From NCBI GenBank assembly GCA_965645245.1, contig OZ287081.1, forward strand, positions 1,488,001-1,552,000: a DNA stretch of 64,000 nucleotides, given 5' to 3'. The notes under the pieces were generated by a model. It was not told the origin of the DNA. It worked only from the letters and a program-made list of their open reading frames with translations, and did no database searches. Position numbers and translations under genes: made by a program. Of this stretch, positions 37,705-49,109 are shown one piece after another (position 1 is the stretch's first letter; each line of letters opens with the position of its first letter). The stretch comes from Massalongia carnosa (lineage: Eukaryota).

Positions 37705-39732
37705 ATGGCGGAACCCGCAACGAAATCCGTTGAGCAGGCTCAGACGCAACCACAAGAGCAGCCTCGAGTGGAAGCTCCAGGGCAACCTCAAGGGCAACCC
37801 CATGAGCAGACCCAGGGAGAAGAAGCCCAGGTACAATCCCAGGGCCAATCTCAAGAACAGCCTCAAGGCCAGACCTTGGGAGAGACCCAGGTGCCACCTC
37901 ATGCGCAAGCTTCACCTCAACCCGAGGAGCAACCGCAACAGCAACCTCATCAAGATGCCATTGAAGCCGACCCTAATGTACGTTCTTTTACGAAACAACT
38001 GCAATGTACACCTCCCACTAACATGGGCGTAGCTTGATACCTCTGAATCAGACTCCGCCCTTGGTGATGAGGTGTAAGTACCAGCTTGGGTGATTTTATA
38101 GTCTGGTGGGGCAAGGTTGACTGGATGGGATAGATCAAAATATACGGCCTCGTTAACGAGTAGTATTGAAAGATACACGGTCGAGAATGGTCGGCGGTAA
38201 GATTACCTTCACGCTTCAAAGAATTGCCATGGATACTAATCTCTTCGTTGCGCGGACAGATATCATGCGTGAGTGCTGCTGTATAGCTTCTAAGTCGAAA
38301 CACTAAACGGACGGTCATGTATAGCTACAAAGACGGATGTATGTATAGTGACTTGCCCTACGGCAAAGAGGAGCTAACATGGCTCACGCCTAGCTTACTT
38401 GATGCCCAACGATGATGTAACAGCCTTCGGATGTAAGGACAAGAACAGAAAGTCTAACGAGTTTTGCAGAGCGAGCTGGATCGTCTGGACCTGACCCATC
38501 AAATGTTCAGGATCCTCTTAAATGAAAATCTGCATCTAGCCCCAGTCGCAAAGGACAAGCCGACGAGAATCATGGACGTTGGGACAGGCACAGGCATCTG
38601 GGCCATTGAAATGGGTGCTTAAACCCATTTCACTTTCCTCCCCTAATCCATGAGCTGACCTCTAGGCATTCCATGTGTGTTGGACTAATGAAGTTAGGTG
38701 ACGAATATCCCATGGCCGAAATTATTGGGACTGATCTTAGCCCTACGCAGTCCAATTGGTGCGCCCTATCGCTTCAAAGTGCCCAGGGAAACGGGATATT
38801 GTGCTAAATCAGATACAGGGTCCCGCCCAATGTTAAGTTCGAGGTTGATGACTGCGAGGAGCCATGGACCTTCCAACAACCCTTTGACTTCATCCATCTC
38901 CGCTACATGGCCGCATCTCTCAAAGACTGGCCAAAGGCGATACGCCAGTGTTATGAAAATACCGTTCCCGGCGGCTGGGTTGAGGTTCAGGACTTTGACC
39001 TACAGTATTATTCTGAAGACGGGAGTATGACGAAAGAAAGCGCTGTGAGCGAGTGGGCCAACACCTTGTTGAAAGCCTGTCAAAGTTTCGGATGCGACCC
39101 ATTTCCTGGCCCAAAAATTGGTGGGTACCTCCAGGACGTCGGCTTCCAGAACATCAAGGCCGAGCGGTTTCACATTCCGATTGGTCCTTGGCCCAAAGAT
39201 CCGCATCTTGTACGTTTTTGCGTGGAGTCTCAGAAAGGTCTCGTAACGCAAAATTTGGAAAGGCCCCCGGAGCTGACCACATTTTCGAAATAGAAAACCC
39301 TCGGGAGTTGGAATCTCGTGCAGATCGAGGATGGGCTTGAAGGATTCACGCTCCGGTTGTACACGCAGTTGCTGGGCTGGAAACCCGAAGAGGTGCAGGT
39401 CCTGCTTGCGAAAGTACGAAAGGATCTGCGGAATCCACGAATCCACATTTTATATGATTTGTGAGTCCTTTTTGTTTTTTGTTTTTTTGGAACCCCACGC
39501 TACCTTCTCCCCTCCCTTCTCAATCAAGTCATTCTTTTTGCCAACGCCACTTGGGTTACGTGGACACTCTGCTCGATGGAGAGGTAGCGGAAGCCCTAAC
39601 ACGCACAAAGGCCGTTTTCAAGTTTTCAGGTTCTCGACAGCAAAATGTCATTACTCGCTAACCCTTGGCACGAAAACTAGTTGGGTGACCTACGGGCAGA
39701 AACCCTTCACGGCAAGCCCTGCTACAGCGTAG
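37705..39732 (+). CDS. SAM-dependent methyltransferase (LaeA-like / Methyltransf_23), ~11 exons
   Basis: The spliced product gives GRRYHAYKDGSYLMPNDDSELDRLDLTHQ, IMDVGTGTGIWAIEMGD, GTDLSPTQ, VKFEVDD, PGGWVEVQD and IPIGPWPKDP. Confidence 0.88.
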
Positions 39733-40454
39733 GCTTGAATCTAAATATATATAACCGACGGATTTCGTTAAGCCCAGCATCTATCAAGTGAGTCCACAGC
39801 CCTTCAGCAACGCCGGTGATCGCTCGTGTTCGGTTTGATTGGATTGGGGTATAGGGAGCGGCTAGGGGTAAAGTGGGAGAAAATTGAATGATGTCTTATG
39901 ACAGCTACGAGGAAATCGCCACTGCCTTTGATATTCAGGCGCCTTTTTTCTTTCCATATTTCCCTTCAACGTTTATAGCTTCTTTCCAGCATCTTTGTCA
40001 TTCCTCAACGAGAGGTTTGCTTCAGCCCGCAAATTGGACACCTTGAACATTATATATAAATCATCGTCCCCTTTCTGTTGGTGCTTCGCAGTCGAGCATT
40101 GTACAACTTCATACACTGTCCAACCCTCCCCAGCCCAGCGCACGTACCCATCTAACCATTCCGTCATCCGGGCACCGGACCTAAAGAGGAGGAGGTTGTA
40201 GCCCTAAACAGGGACAACCCTGAACAGGGATAAAACTCGACTGTCGACCGCGCGAACGAGTTAGCAAGTCTTTACTTTTGAGATTGCTGTCGCTGGTCTA
40301 CTTTAGCTTTGACCTGGAGATTGTAGAAGGCCAGAGTCGGCGATTTGCTTCAGAAGGAAACGATCTACATGGAGGGATTTGGACGGAGGTTTCCCTTTGC
40401 GACACCTACCTACTCTGCACGACGCTAATCGATTGATGTTAAGTTGAACACGTA

Positions 40455-42623
40455 GAAGATTTCCCGAGGAAATGCCGCACCCGACGAAATGCCGCATCTT
40501 CTCACTTTCCAACCATTACTTTCAGACATGAATAAATCCACCCTCAACGCTCGTATCGAGCTCGCAATTGCTGATCTGAATCAGCAAGATCAGCCTAACC
40601 TCAGGGGGACAGCTAAAAGGTTTAGCCTAGTCGAAAGTACCCTCCGGAGGCGCTGGAAAGGCCAAACGGTGTCCCAAAAGGCAGCCGCGTCAAAATACAA
40701 GCAACGACTTACCTTGGCCCAGGAAGAGGCCTTAATTCAGCAAATCAATCGCCTTGTCGATCGTGGACTGCCCCCAACCGCCAGAATTGTACGAAACCTA
40801 GCGGAGGAGGTGATAGGAGGGCCTGTAGGGAAGAACTGGACAGGGGATTTTGTCCGCCGATACAAGGATAGGCTTAAAAGTCTTTATCTTCGAAATATAG
40901 ATAGCCAGCGTATAAAATCTGAGTATCCGCCTTTATTTAAGCAATTCTACGATTTGGTAGCGTGTTAACTACCCATTCCTATTTGTTGAATATTAATTAT
41001 GATCGAAAATAACTAATGTTTCTATTAGCTAATCGCCGGTGTCGAAAAATACAATATCACGAGGGAAAACCTTTACAATTGGGACGAAAAGGGCTTTGTG
41101 ATTGGCCAAGCAAGCGCCACGCAACGTATCATGTCGCTAGAGGCCCTTGAATCAGGGCGGATCACACATGCAAGCCAGGACGGGAATAGGGAGTTTATCA
41201 GCCTCCTTGCTTGTATCGGGGCCGACGGAACCGCTTTACCTCCTGCCTTGATCTATAAAGGCGACTCTGGCATACTCCAGGATACATGGGTTGAGGATGT
41301 AAATCCTAATGACGAGGCGTTCTTTGCAGTATCGGCGAAAGGATGGAGTTGTGATATCCTTGGCCTAAATTGGCTAGAGCAGGTTTTTCAGCGTTATACG
41401 AAGCAAAAGGCTAGAAATAGAAGACGTTTACTGATAGTAGACGGTCATTCTAGCCACGTGAATCTTAAGTTTATCGATAAATGCGATAACTTACGTATTC
41501 TTCTCCTGATTCTACCTTCGCACTCTACGCATCGTTTACAGCCTCTGGACGTTTCTCTATTCGCGCCGTTAGCAACGTTCTATACCAATGGGCTGAATAG
41601 ACTAATGTTCGAGAGTCTAGGCATGATAAACATGTCAAAAAGAGCCTTTTGGAGCGTTTTCTTCCCTGCATGGCAGCAGGCATTTTCGGAGGAAAAAATT
41701 ACTTCTGCCTTCGAAAAAACCGGTATTTGGCCTTACAATCCGAGCCTTATACTAAATGTTATCACACCACAGATAATCGAGGCTCCTTCTCAGTCGCCAA
41801 AAACACCAATGACAAGCCGTGCTATTCGCCGTACGCAGCGAGCGTACGATATTGCGCCTACAAATTTATTACTAGCAAAGATCTTCCGGGCTAACGAACG
41901 CCTTGCTGCCCAGGACTCTATCAACAAATACGTGATCAAATGGCTCTGCAATACCCTTCAGGACGAAAAGAAGAGGAGGAAGAGAGGTAAACGGCTTAAT
42001 TTAGTTGGGGAAGAGGACTCAGGCCCTCAATTCTTTAGTCCTAGGCGAGTACAGGCTGCCAGGGAATTTCAAGCAGCAAAAGAGGAAGAAGAAGCACAAC
42101 GCCAGCTAGATATTAGCGAGAAGCGACGACAAGCTACTGCTAAAAGGTTACAGAAAGAAGAGGAGAAGCTAGAAAAGGTAGCAATCGCTCTAGAGAAGCG
42201 GCGATTGACTGCAGAAGCAAAGGTAGCAAAGGCCGCTGAGAAGCAGGCTCAGAAGGAGTTACGTAAAACAGCAAACAGATATCCTAAGGGACAGCTCGGG
42301 CAGCAGAAGCAGTATACAGGGTCTAATAAAGTTCAAAAGACTCGAAAGAAGAAGGTAAAGCCGCCTACTCGTGTTATTATCGCTAAAGAGGTAGAGGAGG
42401 TGGTTTTAACTACCTCGACTGGAAGAAGGGTCCAGCGCCCAGGGCGTTTTGCTATGTAAGGTTTTTAAGGTCGGATATCGTGTATATACTTTCTATTTAT
42501 ACTATATTTAATACACATTCCATTAATCGTTGTAGTTGTTGATCAACGACGAAAACAATATTCTAATGCCGAATTGTAAAGTGCGGCATTTCGCCGGGCG
42601 CGGCATTTCCTCGGGAAATCTTC
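40455..42623 (+). mobile_element. pogo/Fot1-type transposon 'E' (2169 bp), apparently complete
   Basis: ~43-bp TIRs GAAGATTTCCCGAGGAAATGCCGC... with a duplicated GAAATGCCGC. TA at 40453-40454 and 42624-42625. Confidence 0.93.
40528..42459 (+). CDS. Intron-containing DD35D transposase of E (~619 aa)
   Basis: Exon 1 (40528-40956) encodes the HTH region. Intron 40957-41028 is GTAGCG...ACTAAT...TAG. Exon 2 continues in frame: LIAGVEKYNITRENLYNWDEKGF...LIVDGHSSH...QPLDVSLF. Confidence 0.85.
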
Positions 42624-42918
42624 TACCAGGTACTCACACTTTAGCCCGAATAGTCTTAGCTTAGCTTTACGCATGAGATTCCACCGGGGGGCGTCTTCAA
42701 CCGTGTCAGATGGGTCGAGAAACCCGAGGAAGAAAGAAAAAATCGACGGAATAGTGGGTGTTGCTTACTCGTGATTGTTACGGATTTTCTACAGCGATTT
42801 GGGGAGGTTTTCGGATCGTTTGGATTTTGATTATCCATTGATCCAGACGTGTTCTTTTTGTGCATGACCGATAATGCAAAGTTGAAAGGTTTCCATGATC
42901 GCTACACTGTACAGAGTA

Positions 42919-44726
42919 ACGTATTTACTAGCCAAACGGGCCAGCTACCCAGTCGGGCCACCCCACCAAAAATTTGACCAAATCATCTTATCAACTTAAC
43001 AACCATTATTACATGATTTTATCATCATCTATTTCCAATATAATTACATGAAAATATCAATATCCATACCCATCTCTTTATATACTATTTTCGCAAATTT
43101 TACCTTTCCGTTTAAGGCATGATATCTAGCCTTTTGATTGGCTATTGCCTCAGCCGCCTTCTCCTTTTCTTCCATCATTGTACGTGCTGCACCCACAGTC
43201 AGCACCTTAGCCTTTTCACAACCCTTTCTAGACTGCTTTGTACGTCGAGTCTTTTGTTTATCAATAAGCTCCTGATTTGACTGTGTTAGAATGGTTTTAT
43301 CAGCAATAGCATTAAGAGCTATGATTTTCAGCTGTTCAACAGGCCCTCGAAGAGACGGAGTTATATTTTGTAGAAGGGTCTCACTAGTCTCTCTGATTTT
43401 CTTGATTGTTTTCGGAGTACTGATAGCGTTAATATCACGCGGAAAAGGTTTTGATCTCGATACTTTAGCTAGTACATAATTTGGATCGAGTGGTACTAGA
43501 CCTGCACCTCGCCATGCAGAGCTGATGTTGATAATAGTCATGGCCTCCTTTCTAGCCTCCTGAATATAACTTAGAAAATCTATCTTCGAAACGTTGACGG
43601 CCCCATAGCGAGAGTGATTTGCTACCCGTTTTTTATAGGCCTTAGCTAGAGGTGAAAAAACGCCCACATCCAGAGGTTGCAATAGATGAGTTGAATGAGG
43701 GGGCAAACAAAGCGGTATGATTTTATGTTGCTCGCAATAAGTCATAAAATCGATAGATACATGACTTTCGTGTCCATCGAGTATAAGAAGTCTATAAACG
43801 CCCTGCGTATGTCGAGTATGCAAATCGAACACCTCTTTCAGCCAATGGAGTGCTATTTCGTTGGTGGTCCATCCATTGGGACTGACTTGTAAGGTGGTCC
43901 TATTATCCTTGATAGGACCTAGCCAGGCTTGCTGTACTCGAACTCCTTGAAATATAAAATAAGCTGGTAAAACGGATCCCAAAGATGAAACACATTCAAT
44001 CATTGAAACCCAGTCCCTATTACCCGAATGGACGTTGAATGCTTCAGCTTCAGTGACTTTTACTAACACTTTGGAGCTATCGGCGATGCCCATGGCAAAC
44101 CCTTTTTCATCCATGTTGTATACATCTCCGTCGGCTATTCCATACTTCGTTCGGGTAGTCGAGTATAATTGATACCAGTCTTTTATGATATCAACGTTTC
44201 CAGCATCTTTTCGGACTTGATCCAGATTTCTACTGTGTTTGCACTTGAAATCAGGGTGTCTCTTTAAAAAATTCTGATACCAACAATGACCCAAAGGCTC
44301 GCTATCGCCCTTCGCATTCAGAAGATTTTTTGCCATGCTTTCTAGATGTTGTATGCGTGGGGGCCAGCCCCACTCGGTCATCTGTTCTATCCAGCCAATC
44401 AGAGCCCTTTCCTCAATTACTGATAATCGTTGAGACTCTTCATGATAGGTTTTGGCTGATTTCCGACCGTGAATACGTGCTTGAAGGGTAGATCTAGGCA
44501 CGTTATACTCCTTAGCTAATTGACGCTGAGATATAGCAGGATTTCTTTTCAACTCAGCGATAGCTAATTCCATTCTAGTATCAGAACTATTAACATCAAT
44601 GATGGTTTCATTTGATGAGGCCATGGTGGTGTGGTACAAGATGCAAGGCGAAAAAGTTGAAATTTTGGTGTTGGTTTTGGTGGGTGGCCCGAATGGGTAG
44701 CTGGCCCGATTGGCTAGTAAATACGT
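42919..44726 (-). mobile_element. Fot1-like transposon 'F' (1808 bp), apparently complete; relative of C
   Basis: Termini ACGTATTTACTAGCCAA...TTGGCTAGTAAATACGT with ~50-bp imperfect TIRs. TA at 42917-42918 and 44727-44728. Confidence 0.92.
43044..44624 (-). CDS. Intact DD35D transposase of F (526 aa)
   Basis: The first ATG inside the element is at 44624. The uninterrupted ORF has an HTH region, YNMDEKGF, LILDGHESH and QPLDVGVF. Confidence 0.9.
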   Translation of the reverse strand: MASSNETIIDVNSSDTRMELAIAELKRNPAISQRQLAKEYNVPRSTLQARIHGRKSAKTYHEESQRLSVIEERALIGWIEQMTEWGWPPRIQHLESMAKNLLNAKGDSEPLGHCWYQNFLKRHPDFKCKHSRNLDQVRKDAGNVDIIKDWYQLYSTTRTKYGIADGDVYNMDEKGFAMGIADSSKVLVKVTEAEAFNVHSGNRDWVSMIECVSSLGSVLPAYFIFQGVRVQQAWLGPIKDNRTTLQVSPNGWTTNEIALHWLKEVFDLHTRHTQGVYRLLILDGHESHVSIDFMTYCEQHKIIPLCLPPHSTHLLQPLDVGVFSPLAKAYKKRVANHSRYGAVNVSKIDFLSYIQEARKEAMTIINISSAWRGAGLVPLDPNYVLAKVSRSKPFPRDINAISTPKTIKKIRETSETLLQNITPSLRGPVEQLKIIALNAIADKTILTQSNQELIDKQKTRRTKQSRKGCEKAKVLTVGAARTMMEEKEKAAEAIANQKARYHALNGKVKFAKIVYKEMGMDIDIFM

Positions 44727-46710
44727 TACTCTGTACGCTGGAACAGGTATCCAAATCGTGGCATCCATGTTTACTGCAGGCCTGCTCTCTGCTGCAGGGC
44801 CACAGCCTAGACGCCAACGGGGTTCGTACACAAAAGCCTCCGGTGTGCATAGGTACAAGGTACCTAATTACAGAGTACTAGGCTTGCACGCCACTACGCC
44901 ATCCAAGCCTATCCCTTAAGCTGATCCTAGCGCCACACAAGAAAAAACTGCCGGGTGGGGTCGTGGCAATGTGATCCAGGGATCTGATCATGCCACGAGG
45001 CCTCAAATATGTATCCAATCTTTGTGAGCCTCGGCATTTGAGCATGGACAAAGCACGAGTGATCGTTGACTGGATGTTCTGCCTAAAAACTGAAGTGTTG
45101 CTAGTAGGTATTTGCACGCCGTTGGTTACTTCCAAGAACCCGTTATAACTAGTCGAGCCATGGATCCAAACAATGCAAAGCGTTGGAGTCAACAAATCCG
45201 CCTTCAGCGGGTGGCGAAATCCCCCGCTCCAAGAAGCTGTTTTGTTTTTTACAAGGCCCTCTCATTGCGCCTGGCCTTTGTGAAACCTCCTAGTGCGATG
45301 AATAACCTTTTTGGCGGGGAGCTGAAGCATTAACGCGAGGGAGCGGTATGGTAGAAATTAGCTATTTGGCTTCGCTCGTATCCATCTTGAGCATCTAGAC
45401 GCTCGCATATGGCGGATCCTGTATCCCAGACAGGCTACTCGCCCTGCTTCTTCAACCCCCCCCCCGTCGAGGCGTCACGCAGCTGGCGGATCTACAAGTT
45501 ATGGGCGAATTTCTTCTAGTCAGTCAGATATTCGTTGCTGGTGATGGGGACGCTACATCTGGTTTGGGTTTGATATTCCACCAGAGGTTGCGGTGTGAGA
45601 TCGGCAGCCACGCAACAAGTCATTATATTACAAAAAACCAACAGTTTTTCCGAAAAGCGGATTACATACATACCTACCACATACCCGCCCTAGCGAGTAA
45701 CCGGGAAGGGGGAGACTTTGTGTCCCCATTTTCCTTTTTTTCTTGCATGTAGCATGCTTGTATGTTGATATGAGTTAAAAGGTGGGGGGGCGGGGGGCGT
45801 TCTCGTAAAAGGTTCTAGTTTTTGGGGAGAAGAGAAGAGGGAGAGGGAGAGTAAATTTAAGAAGGAACAAATAAAACTCTTATTCAGGAGCGAAGGTAAA
45901 TCCAAAAGGGGGAGCAATGATTTCTTCTTTCCAACCCCCCCCCTCCCCCTTCAGTCCTTCCCTAGAAAACGACATTCGAAAGCCAAACAAGCCAAACAAA
46001 TCTCTCGATATTTTTCTTCACCGCCACACAGAGAACACAAAAGAAAGGAAAACAACGACGGAAAGGTTTGGGGGCATTTGGGAGGAAACGGGATGGATAG
46101 GTAGGAATGAGGGGCTGGAAAACGGCCATGAGATTGGGGGAAGATAGCGGAAGAGAAATAGTGTTTTGCTTAGGATATGGAGGTAAATAGGTAGGTATGG
46201 AGGTAGACATGTATGTATTGTATGTAGATAGCATTCAGGGCTTAACGGATGAATGAAACTAAACGGGGGGTTTTCTTCTTTCCCCTTCCTCTCCTGTATA
46301 GTTATTATATATATGAGCGCTTCTCAACAGCGAGGGATCGAGGACATGAGACACAGTGACGAAGAAAGAACGAAACGAAGATGAATAAACACCGTCCCGG
46401 GGTTTTCGGGATTTACGTATCGGCAAACGATAAATGAACGACGGGGGGTTTGAGGGGGTTGGAACGCAGGCAGGCAGAGATGGGTATAGATGTGTGAATC
46501 TCGTTTCTAGCGGTCTATCTATCCATTGATCTATCTGCCCATCCATTGGTTACCTAAGGAATAAACCTAGCCACGGACGAATGGACTTCCGCCAAGGGAT
46601 CAAAGTGCCCCGAGTACATAGACGGGGTAGGATTCTAACGAGATGAGCGTCCGTCCGGAAAGCGTAGCGAATGTGCTTTTGCCCGTGGGATCGAGCGGAT
46701 CACATATTGG

Positions 46711-46738
46711 TAGGTAGGTAGGTAGGTAGGTAGGTAGG
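46711..46738. repeat. (TAGG)7 microsatellite
   Basis: Read directly from the sequence. Confidence 0.9.
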
Positions 46739-47092
46739 TGTCTCTGCTTTCCCATTGGTGTCGTCTCTATTCCAAGGGGTTTTCTGACCAAAGGTGAATT
46801 CTGTAATGAGTGCTCGTGGAGCGGCAAAGGGTTTCTCAAAGGTACGAGAAGGGCTGGCTGTGGCGGGTTAGCCCACTATATCGGCTTGAAGGCTGCCTTC
46901 AAGCCGATGCTGAATACTTCATTGAGGGAATACCCGAGCAGAGCACAAAGGCTCTGATGCTCTTAGAGGAGTTTATCTCCCTAGAGCTGCGCTCTTTGTA
47001 GGCCTTCAGTAAACTTCGATGATTGTTTTTCTCATCGATAGAGTTAAGAGCTTTTAGAAGTCGATGAAGCGTTGGATAGAGACGCTCCCCTT

Positions 47093-47716
47093 TTACTTTT
47101 TACTTTTCTTTGACATGTTTGCCTTTTTATTGCCCTTCCGTTTCGGTTCTGGCTTTGTCTGCTCCTCTTGACCATCAATCTGCTCACATGTCGTCACCAC
47201 ATGCGTCACCGCTAACCCAATCTCCCTCTTTACCTCCGTCCAGTCAGCAGTTACTAACTTCCGCGTTCCGTTGAAGTGCAGAGAACCTCGCAACTCATGC
47301 GTGTCCCCCTCTCCTCCCCCTCCAATAACCTTCCCCTCCCAATTTAATCCCCTCTCCTTTAGATTCTCCCTTAGTGCGACTTCAATCCTCCGCCGGCACC
47401 ACCTCCTTACTGTAGCGTGCTCCTGCATCGTATTGCATGATACGTGGACCCAAAGGCTGTCCCGCGGCCGCGCTAGGAATCTGGACCGTGTACGCCGATG
47501 AAAAACATCCTCCGTGTCGCCGAGAGCTCGACCAGTATTGAAGCAAGGGATGTGCGGTCTCGTGAAGCTAAAGCGAAAAAGGGTGAAGGTAGGGACGCCG
47601 ATGAATTTTTCGAGCTGTGGACGCACGATGATCCTAGGTCCAAGTGCTACAAGAGCTTGATCGAGTGTGGCTAGATGGGAGAGTTTGAAGACGGATGTCT
47701 TGGTGTGATTTATCAT
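47093..47716 (-). CDS. Basic hypothetical protein with an RnpA-like (RNR-motif-like) helix
   Basis: Single ATG-initiated ORF of ~207 aa, head-to-head with eIF1A, containing HATVRRWCRRRIEVALRENLKERG...LRGSLHF. Confidence 0.6.
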   Translation of the reverse strand: MINHTKTSVFKLSHLATLDQALVALGPRIIVRPQLEKFIGVPTFTLFRFSFTRPHIPCFNTGRALGDTEDVFHRRTRSRFLARPRDSLWVHVSCNTMQEHATVRRWCRRRIEVALRENLKERGLNWEGKVIGGGGEGDTHELRGSLHFNGTRKLVTADWTEVKREIGLAVTHVVTTCEQIDGQEEQTKPEPKRKGNKKANMSKKSKK

Positions 47717-47986
47717 GTTAAGGATGAACAATGGAGGTTTTGCTGCTTTGCTGCGAAGAATGGGTTGGCTTTCAGCCCTATCAGAATGCGGAACAGACGC
47801 CCAAAGTCGCTTAACTTTCGTGAAATCACCCCCACCATCCCACTATCCCTCCACCGTCATTCACATTCTATTCCATTTCTACGAATACATCACCGAAACA
47901 TCAAAACTACACCAGAACCGAAACTAAATCCAGAATCACAATCACATCGCATACAGAAACTCGCCGCATAGCGGCCAAACGTCAAT

Positions 47987-48758
47987 ATGCCTAAGAATAA
48001 AGGGAAAGTAAGCTTGTCTTCACCTATCCCTTTAAGAAAACCAACTATTTGCTCCTCCCTTCGACTTATTCCACATGCCCTCCTTGGAAAAGCCAAAATT
48101 CCGTATCTAACCCGGAACAAATTAGGGCGGTAAAAATCGACGTCGAGGCAAAAATGAAAATGACAACGAAAAGCGCGAATTAACCTTCAAAGAAGACGGT
48201 CAAGGTAGCCCCCTCTCCTCTCTTCGTCCCCCTTGCGACAAAACCTGCATGCCAATCTAATCCCGCAAACCCTATAGAATACGCGCAAGTCCTCAAAATG
48301 CTCGGCAACGGCCGGCTCGAAGCGCTGTGCTTCGACGGCGAAAAGCGCCTGGCACATATCCGCGGGAAGCTGCGCAAGAAGGTCTGGATCAACCAGGGCG
48401 ATATCATCTTGCTCAGCCTGCGCGACTACCAGGACGAAAAGGGTGATGTGATCCTTAAATACAGCGCCGACGAGGCGAGGAGCTTGAAAGCGTATGGAGA
48501 GTTGCCGGAGAGCGCGAAGATCAACGAGACGGATACGTATGTTTCATTTGCTTTATTTGTCCGGTTGGGGAGGGGCTTTGGAGTTTACATATGATGGGGG
48601 GTTGTTCGGGGAGAATGAGAGTGATCCAAGAGCTAACTGGAATCTTTCCTTGTCATGGGTATAGTTACGGCCACGAAGGCGTAGACGACAATGTCGAATT
48701 CGACGAAGATCGGGATGGCAGCAGCGACGACAAGGAAATCGACGTTGATGAAATTTGA
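47987..48758 (+). CDS. TIF11: Eukaryotic translation initiation factor 1A, 4 exons
   Basis: Exons read MPKNKGK | [27 protein letters not shown] | [20 protein letters not shown]...[27 protein letters not shown], followed by an acidic tail. Confidence 0.96.
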
Positions 48759-49109
48759 GCGCTTGATCCTAGCAATCGCAAATGCGGTCGGAAGAAAGAA
48801 GGAGAGATCTGTTATCGGGGCGTTGCGAGCGAAGGCTGTGCTTTCGTTAGGGGGTTTAGGGGTAGGAGTTGGTATTCAGGGAGGTATGTAGATGGTATTG
48901 GGCAAGAAGGGGGAGGGAGGGTTATGAATAATACGAAGAGAGCGTATCTATAGGTTTATGAAAAATGCATTACTGGTTTTGTCTGTCCAGTCTATCCAGA
49001 GCTGTCGAAATCGTTTCCCTACCCCTTGGATTCCTGAAACGGTACGTAGTCCCAAACTATGCTTGACATACAGTCCTCAAACCACGACTAGCCCCCGAAA
49101 TCCCCATCA

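Noticed and set aside
35432..39732. RTA1 plus methyltransferase as a secondary-metabolite cluster
   Set aside because: No PKS, NRPS, terpene synthase or cluster transcription factor is present in the window.
44625..44858. 78-aa N-terminal extension of the 604-aa ORF
   Set aside because: It runs through F's TIR into flanking DNA, so it is chance open frame. The transposase most likely starts at 44624.
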